DNA of 61,215 bases, the filler included, from Aduncisulcus paluster (Eukaryota), in the NCBI GenBank assembly GCA_024181965.1. It is 8 parts of 8 records of this genome, joined end to end, with 100 filler letters (N's around TTAATTAATTAA, not from the genome) between each part and the next. Parts side by side here need not be neighbours in the genome. Positions count along the whole stretch, not along the records: positions 3,903 to 22,196 come from BQXS01011186.1; positions 22,297 to 27,064 come from BQXS01011187.1; 6 more parts are not named here. One strand, written 5' to 3'. How positions within the stretch are numbered: the first letter of the stretch is position 1; the number at the start of each line of letters is the position of its first letter. Below are positions 11,401 to 25,385 of this stretch, piece after piece. Below the pieces are notes generated by a model, which saw nothing but the letters and a program-made list of their open reading frames with translations, was not told the DNA's origin and did not search any database. The position numbers and the translations under genes were made by a program.

Positions 11401-14400
11401 GGCTCCACTTCCACAACTGCATCGCCGTCCACGCATGGCCATACGTTCCTTTGTCTTNNNNNNNNNNNNNNNNNNNNACTCCCTCAGAAGGGTCGAGGAG
11501 TGATGCTGTACTGGAGAACCCATCGAGTATATCACCAGATCCTCCAGAACCAGCAGTACCAGTGGACCTCATGTATCCAGACACATCATCAAGGGAAGGC
11601 ATGGCATCGGCTCCACTTCCACAACTGCATCGCCGTCCACGCATGGCCATACGTTCCTTTGTCTTGATAAGCTCTTCCTCTTGATCCTGATCTAACATAC
11701 CCATCTCGTCTTCCTCAACATCATCATGAACTCCAACTCCGCCAATACACTCCTCTTCTTCAAGAATAGCACCCTGCAATCCATTGTCCATGCCAAGATG
11801 CACGCTATCGACACCCTGAGTCTCTTCAAAGGCAAACTGGGAACGGACACAGCGATGCAACTTCATTGAGTTGTGCTTCTTCTTGGATGTGACAGCAGTA
11901 ATATGTTGCAAGTGATCCATATCCATGTCAAGGGAGGCGATTGTATGAAGAGACGTAGTGAAAGAGTGAGACGGAGATGAGGACCGATCTGTGAGATGTG
12001 ATGTCTTCATGTCACCATTAACAGGTGGCCTGGGAGGGGGATTATCATAATAATCAGTGAATAAGGAAGGAACTCGATGAGAGTGATGGTGATGGTGAGG
12101 AGAGTGCGAATGCCTGCGACGATGTCTGTGAGACCCCTGTGAGAATGAGCGAGAATGCGAATGATGTCTCCGTCTCATGCCCCGAGGACTAAGTTCAGTA
12201 GTATTGTTAAATTCATGTTTTTGACGTTGAGAATTCATATGTTCGTGGGAAGTCATAGTGAAAGAGTAAGGAGTCTTCAAAGAAGGAATTGCAGGATAAG
12301 CAGAACTAGAAGGAGCATTAAACACATCAATATCGTGATGCCTATGCCCACTCTCCACCACTGGCAAAGACAGATCAGGGACATCAGTAGAGAACAAAGA
12401 AGCAGGCTCGCGTTGCTCAACGTGGTGTTGCTCATGTGTGTGACCACCATGGTGATGATGATGATCTGGACGGTGACGAGTAGATTCAATGACAGCTTCT
12501 CCTTCTTTGCCACCACCACAGACATAGCGCATGATTCTACGAACACACACACACACAGAGACCATGATGACTCCTCGCATTTTGTAGGGTCCCCATTGGG
12601 GGGGAGGACCTTGGTTATCCTCCTCTTTTTCCTCCTCATTCGAGTAAGATGTCGTGAACTGACTTGAACTGGAAGATGAGGCCGAGAATGTTCGATTATA
12701 GCCACTATTAGTTGTAAAGTCTCTCAATGATACCATAGCAGACCTATGGGACGACACATCGCCATTATTCATACCGTTCGTATGCTTGTTCTTGTTGGAC
12801 TTACTATTAGAGCTCACAGGAAGTGCAGAGTCTATTCCTTCGCCATACCTTGGAGTGATGACAGAAGCAGAACTCTTGCTGCTTGATGAGGACGTTCTAA
12901 CATCCATACCGACGGCTTCAGGAAGGTCAGAGACAGGCAAAAACAAGGAAGGGTGGTTATCGGGCATGGTTGGATTAGCAGCAGAAGGACCAGCTTTATC
13001 GTCGTTGGGATTACCAACAAGAAGAGGATCAATAGCCTCAGAACGCAATACAATCCCAGAATCGGCCGGATTATCCATTTGTCCTTGGTGAATTGTGACC
13101 AATATTTCTTCATCGTCAAGGATTTCAGTGGCAGAAGAATCATCGTCTTCCACGCGAGATGAGTAAGACGAGGAAGAAAATCCGTCTGAAGAGGAACTAC
13201 TATCTTCACTCTTATCCTCTATTTGACCGTTTTGACGATTATGGGACATGACAAGCCGATTGCGCACATCAGACACACTCGAACTCCCCAGATCAAGCTC
13301 TTCATGATGGACAGCAGGATCGGGAGAATGTCCGCTACGTAATCTCCGAGAAGAAGAAGATGATACTATGGAGCTGGAGGACTTACTAGAACTATCAATA
13401 TTCGTACGCCTTTTCTTGATATCAGTCTTTGAAGGAAGTTCCAGAGAACCAAATTCATCATCGATGTTTCCAACACCAAGTTCCTCCTCCTCTTCTTCCT
13501 CCTCCTCTTCCTCTTCTTCTTCCTCTTCCTCGGATGAATCGTCAGAAGTGTCATCGTCCGTGTCATCCAAACTCGAGGTTCTATTCCTCCTGGTTGAAGG
13601 CTGGACACTGACAGCACCATCCTCACCGAGAACAACAATCTCATGATTAGTCGATTGCATTATATCATGCGCATCAACAAAATGTCCCAACTCATCCTCT
13701 TCAACATCATCTAAGAGAGAGGCTGACTTGGGCTGGACAACAACACTGCAACTACGCTTTCTTACATCCTGGCTGATATTCAGTTGTTCCGAGGCTTCTA
13801 TATCACGTTTAATAGCTTCAGTTGCAAATGACTCACGACGAGACGAGGCTTGACGGGCACGAATAAGCGCACTGGATTCAGCAATATCATTTTGGGGACA
13901 TGTTTCATCATCATCCATTCGAACGAGATCGTGATGGGAGGAAGGACTAGAGTTGAGAATAGGGCTTGAGAGAGACCGACTTCTTGGACGAAGAGGGAAT
14001 TTGCTACCACTATCACTACCATGATCAGATGAAGTTCTTCGTTTAGAATCTCGATTAGATTTAAGCGACCCTTTCCGTCCCTTCGCATCTTTCTGTCTTT
14101 TCTTTGATTTCTTTGACTTCTTTGAAGATTTCTTTGATTTCCCATGACTCCCTTTCGAATAACCTGATCGAAAATGATCCTCATCGGAATCGGTTGTAGA
14201 TTCTTCACTGCTTTCACTGATCTTATATTTCTCCAAGAGCTGTTGCAGTGACATATTCTCCACGTGCATTTCCTTTATAATCCCACCGAAAGCATCACCA
14301 AGGATATGAGTATGAGTGAAAATATGCTGAGAAATACACCTCCTCTCCCAGCCCTCAATCACAGAGGCAGAGAACAAGAAGAAAGATGGAGTGGTGGAAG

Positions 14401-17400
14401 TTGAGGAAAGAAGATCCACAGTGCACCACTCAGAGTATGGGAACAAAGACTCCGAGGACAAGTCAGACCACACACCGAGTTGATCATCAAACGAAGGAGA
14501 ATCTGACCCAGAGCGAGAAGGAGATTGAGAAGGGGAAGACATTGAGCTATTTATAGATTGTTGGAGCAATGAAGCCTGTCTATTGTCCCTCCTCGAGTTT
14601 GAGGAAAGAGATATTGATCCAGCAGATGACGAGGTCAGGTTGTAAAGAGCAGAGATATAATGACTCAAAGGCTGTTTATCTAATTTAGGATTCAACTTTC
14701 GAACTTTTTGAAGAGTTTCCATTGAAAATCTCCTCCGAGTGACGTTAAACATCAATTCTCTCTCTAAAGATAACAATTTCTTTTCCTTTTCAGTCATAAC
14801 GACAGAGTGAAGGTACGTGTTAACATGGTGTTTCTTCAAGCCACTTTCCCTGGAATCATTCTGATGAGAGTATGTAAATGGCATAATTGTGGGTGCAGGC
14901 GCTAGCATGGACGTGAATCGGTCTTCCATCTCAGAGGATTTTGTCCGTTTACGCATTATCGATGGTTGTTGCGTCTTCTTTCCATTGAGACGATCGCCTC
15001 CTTTGCCATATTTGCTTGCAGTGGTACTCGAAGAACCCTCGCTCCCATTCCTTTTCTTCCTTCCCCTCCCAGATGTCCGTGGGGATTCTCTTTGTTTGCC
15101 TCCGTATTCATGTTGGACTGTGGATGATAAATCGACCATCATCTCATCAAAGCCTTCATCCCCATCTCCACCATCGACAACAACATCATTGTGACGAGGA
15201 ATCTTGATAGATGAGAAAGTTGAGTCATCATCATCTATTTCTGGAAACTTCTCAGCCACATCAGTGAGCGTTGAGGATTCTTTCATATCGCCCATTCTGT
15301 CCTTATCATCGCTCTCAGATATTATTGTAGACAATGACCATGTGTCACTGTCATCGTCATCGATCAGAGAAATGGAACCATTATTATTATTACTATTATT
15401 GTTGCCCTTTTTGGCAGAGGTAGCATTATCATGGGCTTGAGTATGAGTTCCTGAATAGCTGGTATTATTATTGCTCGAGAGAGAACTCGAGGGCTGAGAA
15501 CTCCCATGCAGGTAGTTATTGGCAGATTTTAAAGATGATTCCATCAAGGAAGGGACATTGTATGTGAGCTGGGGGCTCTCCCTCTTCTCTCTCCATGCAC
15601 GTTTCTTGTCCACACAGATACCCAGAACAATCTGGACCATTTCTGCAGTGAACACGGCTTCACACAGATCTACCACAAGGGGCGAGATAAGAGCCGAGAA
15701 GCTTAATAGAGAGAAAGCAGACAGGGCATAGTCTGCAGACTCACAATCATAGGGAGGGAAAAACTTTACACGGTCAGAACATGATGGAAGGGCAGAACAA
15801 GAAAGAAGGCTGCTCGACGAGGAGAGGGATGGTGATGCTGAAAAGGCTGATCCAGTCCCTGATCCAAACATGGCAACGTGATTGTCTCGAGGAATAGTCG
15901 AGGCACCAGAAGAAGTTGAAACAATGGCTTCAATCGATAATTCAGATTCAAGTTTCTTCGATGAGCATGACAAACGTTCCTCAAGAGTAGTACTCCCACT
16001 GTATTCATCATATCCACCCACAGGAGGACAATTACTATTCCCTTGGGAAGGCATGGGAACACTATGATGGGGAGGAGACGAGTGGATGATCGGGGTGGAT
16101 TGTGAGGAAGCCAGATATGAGTTTGCTCTCTTCTTCTTTCCACTTCTAGAGGAAGGAGAGAGAGTACTAAGATCAGAGCTTGTCACCCGATAACTCGACG
16201 ATTCTTTCCTCGACTCCTGACCGGATCCATGTCTTTTCCTTGATTTATGCCTATCTGATGATCTTTCTGAATGTTTATGCTTCCCTTCAATCGACCCACG
16301 TCTTCCAGAATGCGAAGATTTTCGATGAGATCTTTCACTTCGACCTGAACTACTTTTCCCCCCACTTCTGTTCGAGCTTGAACTCGAAGAAGAACTTCCT
16401 GAACTGGATTTCTTCCCACTGCTGGAACCCTTTCGGTGATATGGCGAGGAATGTGGTGATATGATAGGTGTCATCGATGAGGGAGATCCAATCTTAGGCG
16501 AGGAATGCTCAAGAGATGATAGAGTTGGAATATGTGGGATAGAACCGGGTGCAGGGATAGTAGAAGATCGCCCACCTTGTGAATATTGTCCAGCACCACC
16601 TGCACTTGATGACACCATTCCAGTATCCCCATAGCCACTGTCAATATGATCAGCGTGAGAATGTGACGAGTAGTATGACCTTTGTGAGGAACCTGGGACT
16701 GAGGAAATCTGAGCAATATCACTAGTGACGTGAGGGTGAGTTGATTGTGAGTGATGAGAATGAGTTGAAACAGTGCTAGATACCATCTGTTGGAGACGTT
16801 CCTTATCTCTTGGATATTCACTGATAGCTGCGAGAAAAGCAGGAGTGACAAGAGAGAACGACAATGGGTCACCATGTTGTGCAGAAGGGAACAAGGGAAG
16901 ATAGAGATGTATAAGCACTCGAAGCAACGTGGCAATGTTTGTTGCTGCTGAAATGGAAAGAGAAGAGAGGAAAGAAGACACAAGTCGTGGAACAAAGTGC
17001 ACGGCAGCCATCATCTTGATATTGACAGCATGTTGAGTGTAGGGAATTAATCGAACACTTATATCTTTGACCGAAATATCTTCATTACTAATCGACACGA
17101 GTTCTTCTGAATCTAAAAATAGAAGTGAGAAGAACTGCATAATTTCTTTACATCCAATATAACAAACAAGAACAAGAAGACAATCTGGGTTTTCGTGCAA
17201 ATATAAACTGACGAGCGATCTGTCGAACTGGACAAGGGCAGAGAGGAAATAGACACACCTCCTCTGTTTGTCAGTCAATGTCCAGCCACTCTCAACGGCA
17301 ATACCTCTGAGACTTGGCGGCAGTAGGTGTTCATAGTAAAGCACAGTCCGTTCAATGTACTTCAAAGCAGGCGAGGCTGGAGGAATCGTGGGTGTATTAT

Positions 17401-18709
17401 TATTTGAGACACATGAGGAATAATTGGAACCACTCCCCATCATCACACTGCCATTCACACTGGATGCAACTGTGCTATATATAGGCCCATTCAACTGGTG
17501 GCCATGAGAATGCATCGAGGGAGAGGCAGGATATGAGGGAGATTGGAGTGAAGAATTCGTAAGCGTGGGGGATTGAGCGAGCGAAGAAACAGATGAAGGG
17601 GCCAAACTACCCTTTGTTGCATCCTTTTCTGACTTATCTTTCCGCTTTTTCCGCCTCGAAGGGTCTGGAAATGTTCCATATCTTGAGCTATTATGAGAGT
17701 AACTACGATGTTTAATATACCCTGAAGACCTTGAATCTGATGTTGTGAGACTTGCGTCTTTTCCTTTGCTCGAGTTCTTTCTCCTTCTTTCCCTCTCTTC
17801 TCGTCGACCATGATGCGAGGATGAATGGGAAGTCCCACCCGATGGCACTGCGGTAGATATGGGTTTGCTATGTTGATATGTGCTAGTTGGAGCCGCAATG
17901 GAGAGCGTAGAGGAAGATTGCACACTGTTTAGTGCACATGGAATATTTGTGTATGGTGCTGGGGGACCTTTGAGCCAATAATACCCATAATCGCTCCCAA
18001 AATCTTCAAGAAGATCGGATTGGATCGGCGAGGATAAGTAATATGGCAGATCTCGCATAAATTGGATATCAGAGAGTGATATGGGTCTATGAAGTCTGGT
18101 GGCAGGTAATTCAACGTGAGGGAGTGATCCATATGGTATACATGAATGATATTCAGCGGGTTGAATATATTCTGTGAGTTCGGTCACACTATTTTGAGCA
18201 CGATGATAAGAATATCCAGAGTCTACTCCATTACTTCTTGTAGAGGTATTTGCTCGACCTGTATATGCTCGTGCTCCAATAAAATCATCTTTTTGTAAAA
18301 AACCTGTAATATGGACCCGGTGAGAATGGGTGATAGTTTGTTTCAAGGCTCTAAAAAGGACAATGAGTGTTGATCTTTTAGCTAAATGTGTTAATATAAA
18401 TTTTGGACATGATTTTGGCTTTTTTAGAAAGTGTTTTTCAAATTTGGCAGATGCAGTTATGGAATTGTCGTGATCTTCTATTTTTAAGGATCCTTGCTGC
18501 CGTTTGGCACTAGAATCAAATAAAATTAAGTCAAATGCCTGTTGGGCAGATTTGACATTCTTTTTAATTCGACTTAAAATGCTTGTAGTAGAATTATCAG
18601 GAAAATCATCGCCTGATGACGCTATTAGAACTTCACGAAGTGATACCTCCTTAGAAGATGTCGAGCGAATGCCAGATTTGGATTTTCTTGAGATATGTGA
18701 ACTATGCAT
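5469..18709 (-). CDS. Giant Ser/His-rich protein with dispersed SAPS (SIT4-associated/PP6 regulatory subunit)-like blocks, ~4,278 aa after merging gap overlaps
   Basis: Three track ORFs join in frame when duplicated gap flanks (196 and 208 nt) are removed (12,837 nt). SAPS-like blocks: YFLSALV..LVCYIGCKEIMQFF, FVPRLVSSFL..ATNIATLL, RVHMLSLLTSLL, HSSNSILHSSVCEFF. Confidence 0.7.
6380..6751. other. 20-N gap with duplicated flanks (176 bp); same pattern at 11270..11665 (188 bp), 20474..21061 (284 bp), 38101..38452 (166 bp), 40925..41510 (283 bp)
   Basis: The sequence after each gap repeats the sequence before it. Collapsing the overlap restores the reading frame each time. Confidence 0.92.
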
Positions 18710-19005
18710 TGCCGAAAAAGGGTCTTTAGAAAAACAATCTTTGATTAGATTAGGACCTGGGTTTGATGCAATTAAAATGAGGTAAACAACATATGAAAAA
18801 GTATTTTATTGAACTATTTTCCAAATTATTTCTAAATCAGAGATTTAGGGAAAATCCCTGAACAGAGTATTTTGAAAAGATATGTATGGATCAATAATAT
18901 AAATGAGTTATTATTATCTAGTAACATTGTTACAAATTATTATTACCCATCTCCTTGCCGCTTTTCTATCGTCATCGGAAATACAACCATTTTGACTGCT
19001 TCTCA

Positions 19006-22000
19006 ATGGGAAAGAAAACGAAATTAGCCAAGGGTAGGCGTGATCGCTACTATTGGATGGGTATGTTTTTAATTTGTGCACTAATTTTGCGATTTCAGTT
19101 TCAATCATGCGAATCACATAATTGTAGTGCTTATCTCGTAAAAATTATCATCGAATTTGAATTTTCACAACTAATATAAAATGAATTTATTATTAAATCT
19201 TTTTTTCCATTTACATATAATGAATTTGTTAAAATCACCTTTTTTATTCCAAACCATTTATTACTTTAGCCAAAGAACAGGGTTACCGTGGTCGTGCCGC
19301 CTTTAAGCTTGTCCAATTAAACAACAAATATAATTTCCTTTCTTCTTCGCGTTGTCTGGTGGATCTTTGTGCAGCTCCCGGTGGTTGGTCCCAGGTTGCT
19401 GTGAAAGCAATGCCCGTTGGGTCTCATATTGTTGCTATTGATCTCGATAAAATCCCCCATATTGACGGAGTGACAACATTCCAAGCTGATATTACAACTC
19501 AAAGATGTCGGAATCTTCTCACTGAAAACTTGAAAGGATGGGAAGCTGACACTTTTGTACATGATGGTGCCCCAAATGTGTCCGGAAAGTGGACAACAGA
19601 TGCTTATAATCAGAACGTGCTTGTTCTTTATGCTCTAAATTTAGCCTCAGAATTTCTCAAAAGTGGTGGAACATTCGTTACAAAAGTCTTTCGGTCGAAG
19701 GATTATACGTCGATATTATGGGTTTTAAACCAATTATTTGCCAAAGTAGAAGCCACAAAACCTTCCTCCTCCCGTGATTCGTCTGCAGAGATTTTCGTTG
19801 TCTGTCTTGGGTTCCGTGGAGCTAAAAGGAAGCTTGACCCCCGTTTATTCGACCCTGCCCATGTTTTCAAAGATGTTGACATGTCCAAAAAGGCACTAGG
19901 AATTGTTGATGAGGATGAAGATGAGAAACTCACCCTCAAAACCTTCATGAAGGATCGTGAGGGTCATGGAAAGAAAGGAAGATCCACTCGTCGTGGAGGA
20001 TACGAAGACTACCAGACCGAGAATATGTTTTATTCCGCTCTTCCAGCCGCTAGTTTCATTGTAGCTTCAAATCCTGTCAAAATGTTCGAACGCCATACCA
20101 GTATTGACCTAACAGTCCCTCTCGAGGATACCAAGATGGCTGCAGACGGTTCTTCGGCCACAACCGGTGAGTCTTCCGACCTCTCTATTGCCCAATTGAC
20201 TCGTCTCATCCTGTCCCATCCTTCTACAACTCCAGATATCATTGAATGTTGCAGAGATCTCCAACGGTTGGGTCACACTGACTTCAAACACTTACTCAAG
20301 TGGCGTCAGGATGTGAGGAAACACCTTGGTGTTCTCGGTCTTGAGTTGGCTAAAAATGGAACTGTGAGTAAGTCCTCTTCCAATGATGGCACGACTGTCC
20401 ATAACGAAGAAGAAGCCGAAGAGGAGATGAAGGATGACCGTACCATCGGAAAGCTTCAACGTGATGCCGAGCTTGTCTCGAGTATCTTGAAAGGTGTGTT
20501 AAAAGATGATGAAGAGGAGGAGGGTTCTTCGAATGAGGACGATGAGTCTTCTGATGAAGCTGAGGAGTCTTCAGAAGAGTCAACAGAGGAGTCTATATCA
20601 GAAATTGCAAGAAAACGTATTGCCAAACGTGAGGAGAAGAAGAAGAAGAAGAAGGAAAAGAAACATAAGGCTGCACTGATGAAACGTCTCTTGACACAGG
20701 AGGCGCGTGCCCATGCTGTTGAGGCTGCTGTCGATGTCGATGATGAGCTTGCTGACANNNNNNNNNNNNNNNNNNNNTGTCTCGAGTATCTTGAAAGGTG
20801 TGTTAAAAGATGATGAAGAGGAGGAGGGTTCTTCGAATGAGGACGATGAGTCTTCTGATGAAGCTGAGGAGTCTTCAGAAGAGTCAACAGAGGAGTCTAT
20901 ATCAGAAATTGCAAGAAAACGTATTGCCAAACGTGAGGAGAAGAAGAAGAAGAAGAAGGAAAAGAAACATAAGGCTGCACTGATGAAACGTCTCTTGACA
21001 CAGGAGGCGCGTGCCCATGCTGTTGAGGCTGCTGTCGATGTCGATGATGAGCTTGCTGACATTGATGTAAAGACCTTTACATTCCCTGAGTCATTTGCTG
21101 TGAAGCAGATGAAGAAAGAGTGGGCCGCCAAGAAGGCTGAGCGTCTGTTCCGTGATAATCCTCATTTTGTAACCCTCTCTCAAGAAGAGAGAGATGCTTT
21201 GTTGGAGCAGAGTCTTCAAAGAATGGCCGATGAGCAACGTCGTAAGCTTGCTGGTGTTGAGATTGATGATGATGACCAAGCAAGTTTATTGACCAAGAAA
21301 AACAAGAAACAAACAAAGAAACTGAAAGGAAATGCAAAGAGAATGGCTCTATTGAAGCAGGAACGTGAGGAAGATGGTGAGGAGTCTGAAAGTGTCGATG
21401 AGAGCAGTGCCGCTGCTGAACGTGAGTTCCAGAATGAATTGCTGAAAGCTGCCGGTATTTATGAAGAAGCAGAGAAACAAGTCGATGGAATTCCAATCAG
21501 TGATCTTAAAGATCCTCTTGTTGCTGCCAGATACTTTGGCCTTGATGTTAAGAAAGAAAGAGAGCGTGTCGATAAGATTGCCGCAAGAAAGCAAGGAAAG
21601 AACAAGCCTGAGCCCAAGAGAGAAGAAGAAGAAGAAGAAGAAGAAGAATATGATATCGATGAGAGAGATGATGATGATGAAGAGACCTCAGATGAAGTTG
21701 GTGAACAGGAAGAGATAAACAAATGGGAACGCCAGGAAGCTCTCCATAGACTCGAAACATCCTTGCGTACGGATAAGGAATCCAATGCCAAGAGTATCCA
21801 ACGCAATAGATGGATCAGTAACCCTCTTCTCTCTGCCTCTCTGAGTGGAGTTGTTGATAAAACCAACAAGAAACAGGTCAAGGATGAGTTGATGGGCGTT
21901 TCTTCTTCTCAGGGTAACCCGAAACTAAGCAAGAAACAGAAGAAACAACAATCACAACATCAAAAGAAGGGAATCGAAGAGTTACAAGACTCTGACAAAC

Positions 22001-22196
22001 AAACAACTGTTTCCTCTTCCTCTTCCTCTCAAGTCGGATCTGCATCTGATGTTTATGGTGGTTGGACTGAAGATAAGGTTGAGGCTGAGCTTGAACGGTT
22101 AAAGAAGGAACAAAAACAGGCAGAGAAGTCCAAAGCCAAGAGTAGCAAGAGAAGAACGTCTGAAAAGGGAGGAGAAGAAGTAGAAGTCGATGAAGA
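19006..22196 (+). CDS. SPB1: Pre-rRNA 2'-O-methyltransferase Spb1/FTSJ3, 3'-partial; exon 1 19006..19060, intron 19061..19269
   Basis: Spliced N-terminus [32 protein letters not shown]. Motifs DLCAAPGGWSQV, HDGAPNV, FVTKVFRSKDY, SSRDSSAEIFVVC and the DUF3381-like CCRDLQRLG..FKHLLKWR. Confidence 0.93.
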
Positions 22197-23641
22197 NNNN
22201 NNNNNNNNNNNNNNNNNNNNNNNNNNNNNNNNNNNNNNNNTTAATTAATTAANNNNNNNNNNNNNNNNNNNNNNNNNNNNNNNNNNNNNNNNNNNNAGAT
22301 ATTTTACAACTTAATTTATATTGAATTTCAACTGAATTCCCTATAAATCGATTCGTTGTGTTTGTGGTCAAACTCAGATAACCTAAATAAAAGAATACAA
22401 TTAAAACTTTTGTGGGCACCAAACTTTACTAGAAAACATAACAATGAATAAAAACACTTAGTATTTACAAGGTTCGCCCTTAAATCATAAAAGTTCGTAA
22501 AACAATAAAACAAAATAAAATTAATGAGAAAACACCAAGGAAATAAATAAACGGAGTTACAAAACACGCATGGTGTCATATCAGACCACCACACCACTGA
22601 TGACGAAGTTATCATAAAGTTAGCCTTGCTCTGTGCCCCATGGAAGAGCGGGCAGTTGGCGAGAACTGAATCCTTTGCCATTCTGGTGGATGGGGGCTCT
22701 TCAACAAACGATTAGCCCTTTTCGAATGTTCAGTTCGTCTTCGAAGTGCTTCGTCGAGGGCTAAGGGTGGGAGGACAGGTAGCGACTGCGCTGAGTTTCG
22801 GACCCATGCTCTTGCTTGTATGTGGGAACTTGATCATCATCCTCCTCGGCAGAACCATACCTTTGCGTTTATTTACAAGCCATCCCAGCGAGGAAGATCA
22901 TCAATAGTAGTTTCTACTGGATAATTCCTCTATCCTCATATAAATGGAGTTAAATGTCTTCTTTATGGATATTTGCATCATATCATGGATATTTACATCA
23001 TATCATATGTGATGGTAAACAGAAGTGCTTTCTATTGCCGACATGCTTCGTACGGAAGATAGAGTAGCCCCTAGAGCACGTAGTCGGGTCATCATTGTAT
23101 CCTGGGGTCTTTAGCCACACAAGAAGAAGTCTCCAGAGAAGAGACGTAGTAAGGAAGCTGCAAGGGCTTCTTGTGTTAACTGAAGCAATTTATTAAATAA
23201 AGAATTGAACAAGGTGATCCAAAAATAGAACACCTTGAGAAACAATGAAATAGTTATATTACATAACATCTTGGATGGTGTCAAAGGGAATGGGAAAAGG
23301 ACAATAACCATAAAGGGGATTCGCAACGCTTCCCCAAGAGACTCGGATGTCCACAAGATGAGTGATTGAACTGGAGATCTGGGTGATCGAAGGTTATCGC
23401 TTCACTTTTGTTTTTCTTTCTTTTTCTATTAAACTATTAAACCCCACCACAGGGCAATGCCAAAAGTCCAAATATTGATTGGCATCATAGGGCGTGGTGG
23501 GATTTATTAAGGTTATGAAACTGATTAATTTATCAACTGATGGTGCGATGATTCATATATATATATATCAAGATCTCATCTTCTATCAAGACAGATAGCA
23601 TTCTGTTTGAAGAACAAAGCAAGAAGATGAGAGAAAGATAA

Positions 23642-23710
23642 CGAAGGAAGGAAGGAAGGAAGGAAGAAAGGAAGTAAGGAAGAACGAAGGAAAGGAGTGA
23701 AGAGAGAAGA
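23642..23710 (+). repeat. (GAAG)n purine-rich microsatellite
   Basis: Visible directly. Confidence 0.7.
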
Positions 23711-25140
23711 GAGTTCTGGATATACAATGGGGTCTAAGAACTAAAAGATATCAATGAATGTATCCAATAAAAGACAGATTGCATGTTGTTCATGACACAG
23801 TTCGATGTCCTTGATTATGGTTATTGTAAGTAACGCACACATATGGTCCACTTGAAATGTAGATGGCATTTAGCTATACTTCTCTTCACGGGTTCTCTCT
23901 CTTTAAGTTCTCAAGCCTGGTTCACACTGAGAGTCAGTGACTGAGGGTCACACTCACAGAAGGTTGCAGATGGGGCATCTCAGGAAGTAGAACAAGACAT
24001 CCTGGGACAACCTCCAAGACACTATGGAACGATATGGATGTCATGTTTGACCCAGTCAGAGAGAGCCAAGGAGGAGCACAGGTGGAAGGAAGGGACGAGT
24101 AATGAAGGATATAAACTAAGGGTCGTTCACGTTATTCATGTTGACCAATGTATATATATATATATTCGTGATAGTAACGAAGAAGAAGAAGAATCTTGAG
24201 GAGAAAGAAGAGAGTGTAGGCCAGACCAAGAGGCAATCACACCAATGGTTATTCTGAGAGAGAGAGAAAGATGGCTAGCTCGCCACTGTTCTTGCGATGC
24301 AGCGAGTCAACAAATCCTGCAATCCAACAAATCCTGCAATCCAATCCACAATGATAATAGAAGAGATAGTATAGTATAGTATAGTATAAGAGCCAAGGAT
24401 CTTTCTGTGAGGCTCCATTTAGGAAGGCAGAGTTGAGGACACACCGTTATTGAGGTGGTTCTATTCAATAACAATATACACAGAAGAACAGGGCTTGGAA
24501 GACAATCAGTTAACCTATTTGTATTTACATTCTGCTTACTACACTCAGTTTCTTCACGAAGGCTTTCTTTGTCAGGGTCGTTTATAAATCCATTACTCTG
24601 AAGTTCAGATCCAATGCACATGACATGAATATAGATATGTATACTTCACAGATCCATCAATATAACATCAAGTAAAAATAAAACAAACCAAATCAGATAA
24701 TATATAACATTATTTTTGGTAGAGGTCCCCCCACTTTTCTCAGCCACCGCCGGTGGAAAGTTTGTATTTTTTTTTTTTTTGTTTTTGTTTTGGGAAAAAA
24801 ATATAATAAAGAAATGTACAGTGCAACCACCGTACAGGGGGGACCCCCACGGATGGGGGTAAAAGGGGGGGATTTTACTCATCGATAGATAGGAGATTGG
24901 GGAAGTCAAGAATAAAAAGAATAGACTTCATAGGACCAGATCCAGTTCTAGTTCTCTTCTTATGTTCAAAGAGAAGAGAAAAGCTTAGATTCGGCAAAAG
25001 AAAGGAAAGATCACGAAACAAGAATCATCGTCCAAGAATAAGATGATGTGACACACAGATTGGGGGAACAGCATTGATGTAATTGATGTTATTGATGTGT
25101 TATTCGAGATTCAAATGAGTTAAGAGAGGGGCAGTTGTGT

Positions 25141-25385
25141 CATTTTCTCAATTATTTTCAGAGACAATGGGTGGAAACCAGGAGCAACGAACAGAACCAG
25201 AAAGTTGAGTGTTTTAAGTTTGTAGCTGCATTTTAGGGAGTAGCATGGCAAATATCAAACGTTTGAGTTCAGTTTTATGACAATAAAAAAGAACAATAAG
25301 GTATCAAAAGGTTCGAGAATCAAACAGATATCATTGACACACAATAACAAGTTGTGGAGAGAATAATGGCATGAACTTCGAGTTG
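25141..25385 (+). pseudogene. Possible decayed MULE/Mutator-type transposase fragment
   Basis: HFLNYFQRQWVE followed ~200 nt later by a frameshifted NN..VVER..WHEL segment. This resembles the F..YF...W and TNN..E..H motifs of MULE transposases. Many stops. Confidence 0.3.

Noticed and set aside
5548-18785. Many antisense and alternate-frame ORFs over long genes
   Set aside because: Shadows of Ser/Glu-rich coding sequence with no independent motifs.
19061-19269. Intron-encoded snoRNA in SPB1
   Set aside because: No convincing C/D or H/ACA box pair with a terminal stem.
22597-22610. CTGATGA here and at ~56476 as hammerhead ribozyme cores
   Set aside because: No stem II followed by GAAA and no closing stems found by eye.
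24817-24870. TA-CAGTGCAACC... as a Tc1/pogo terminal inverted repeat
   Set aside because: No matching inverted partner found in the scaffold.
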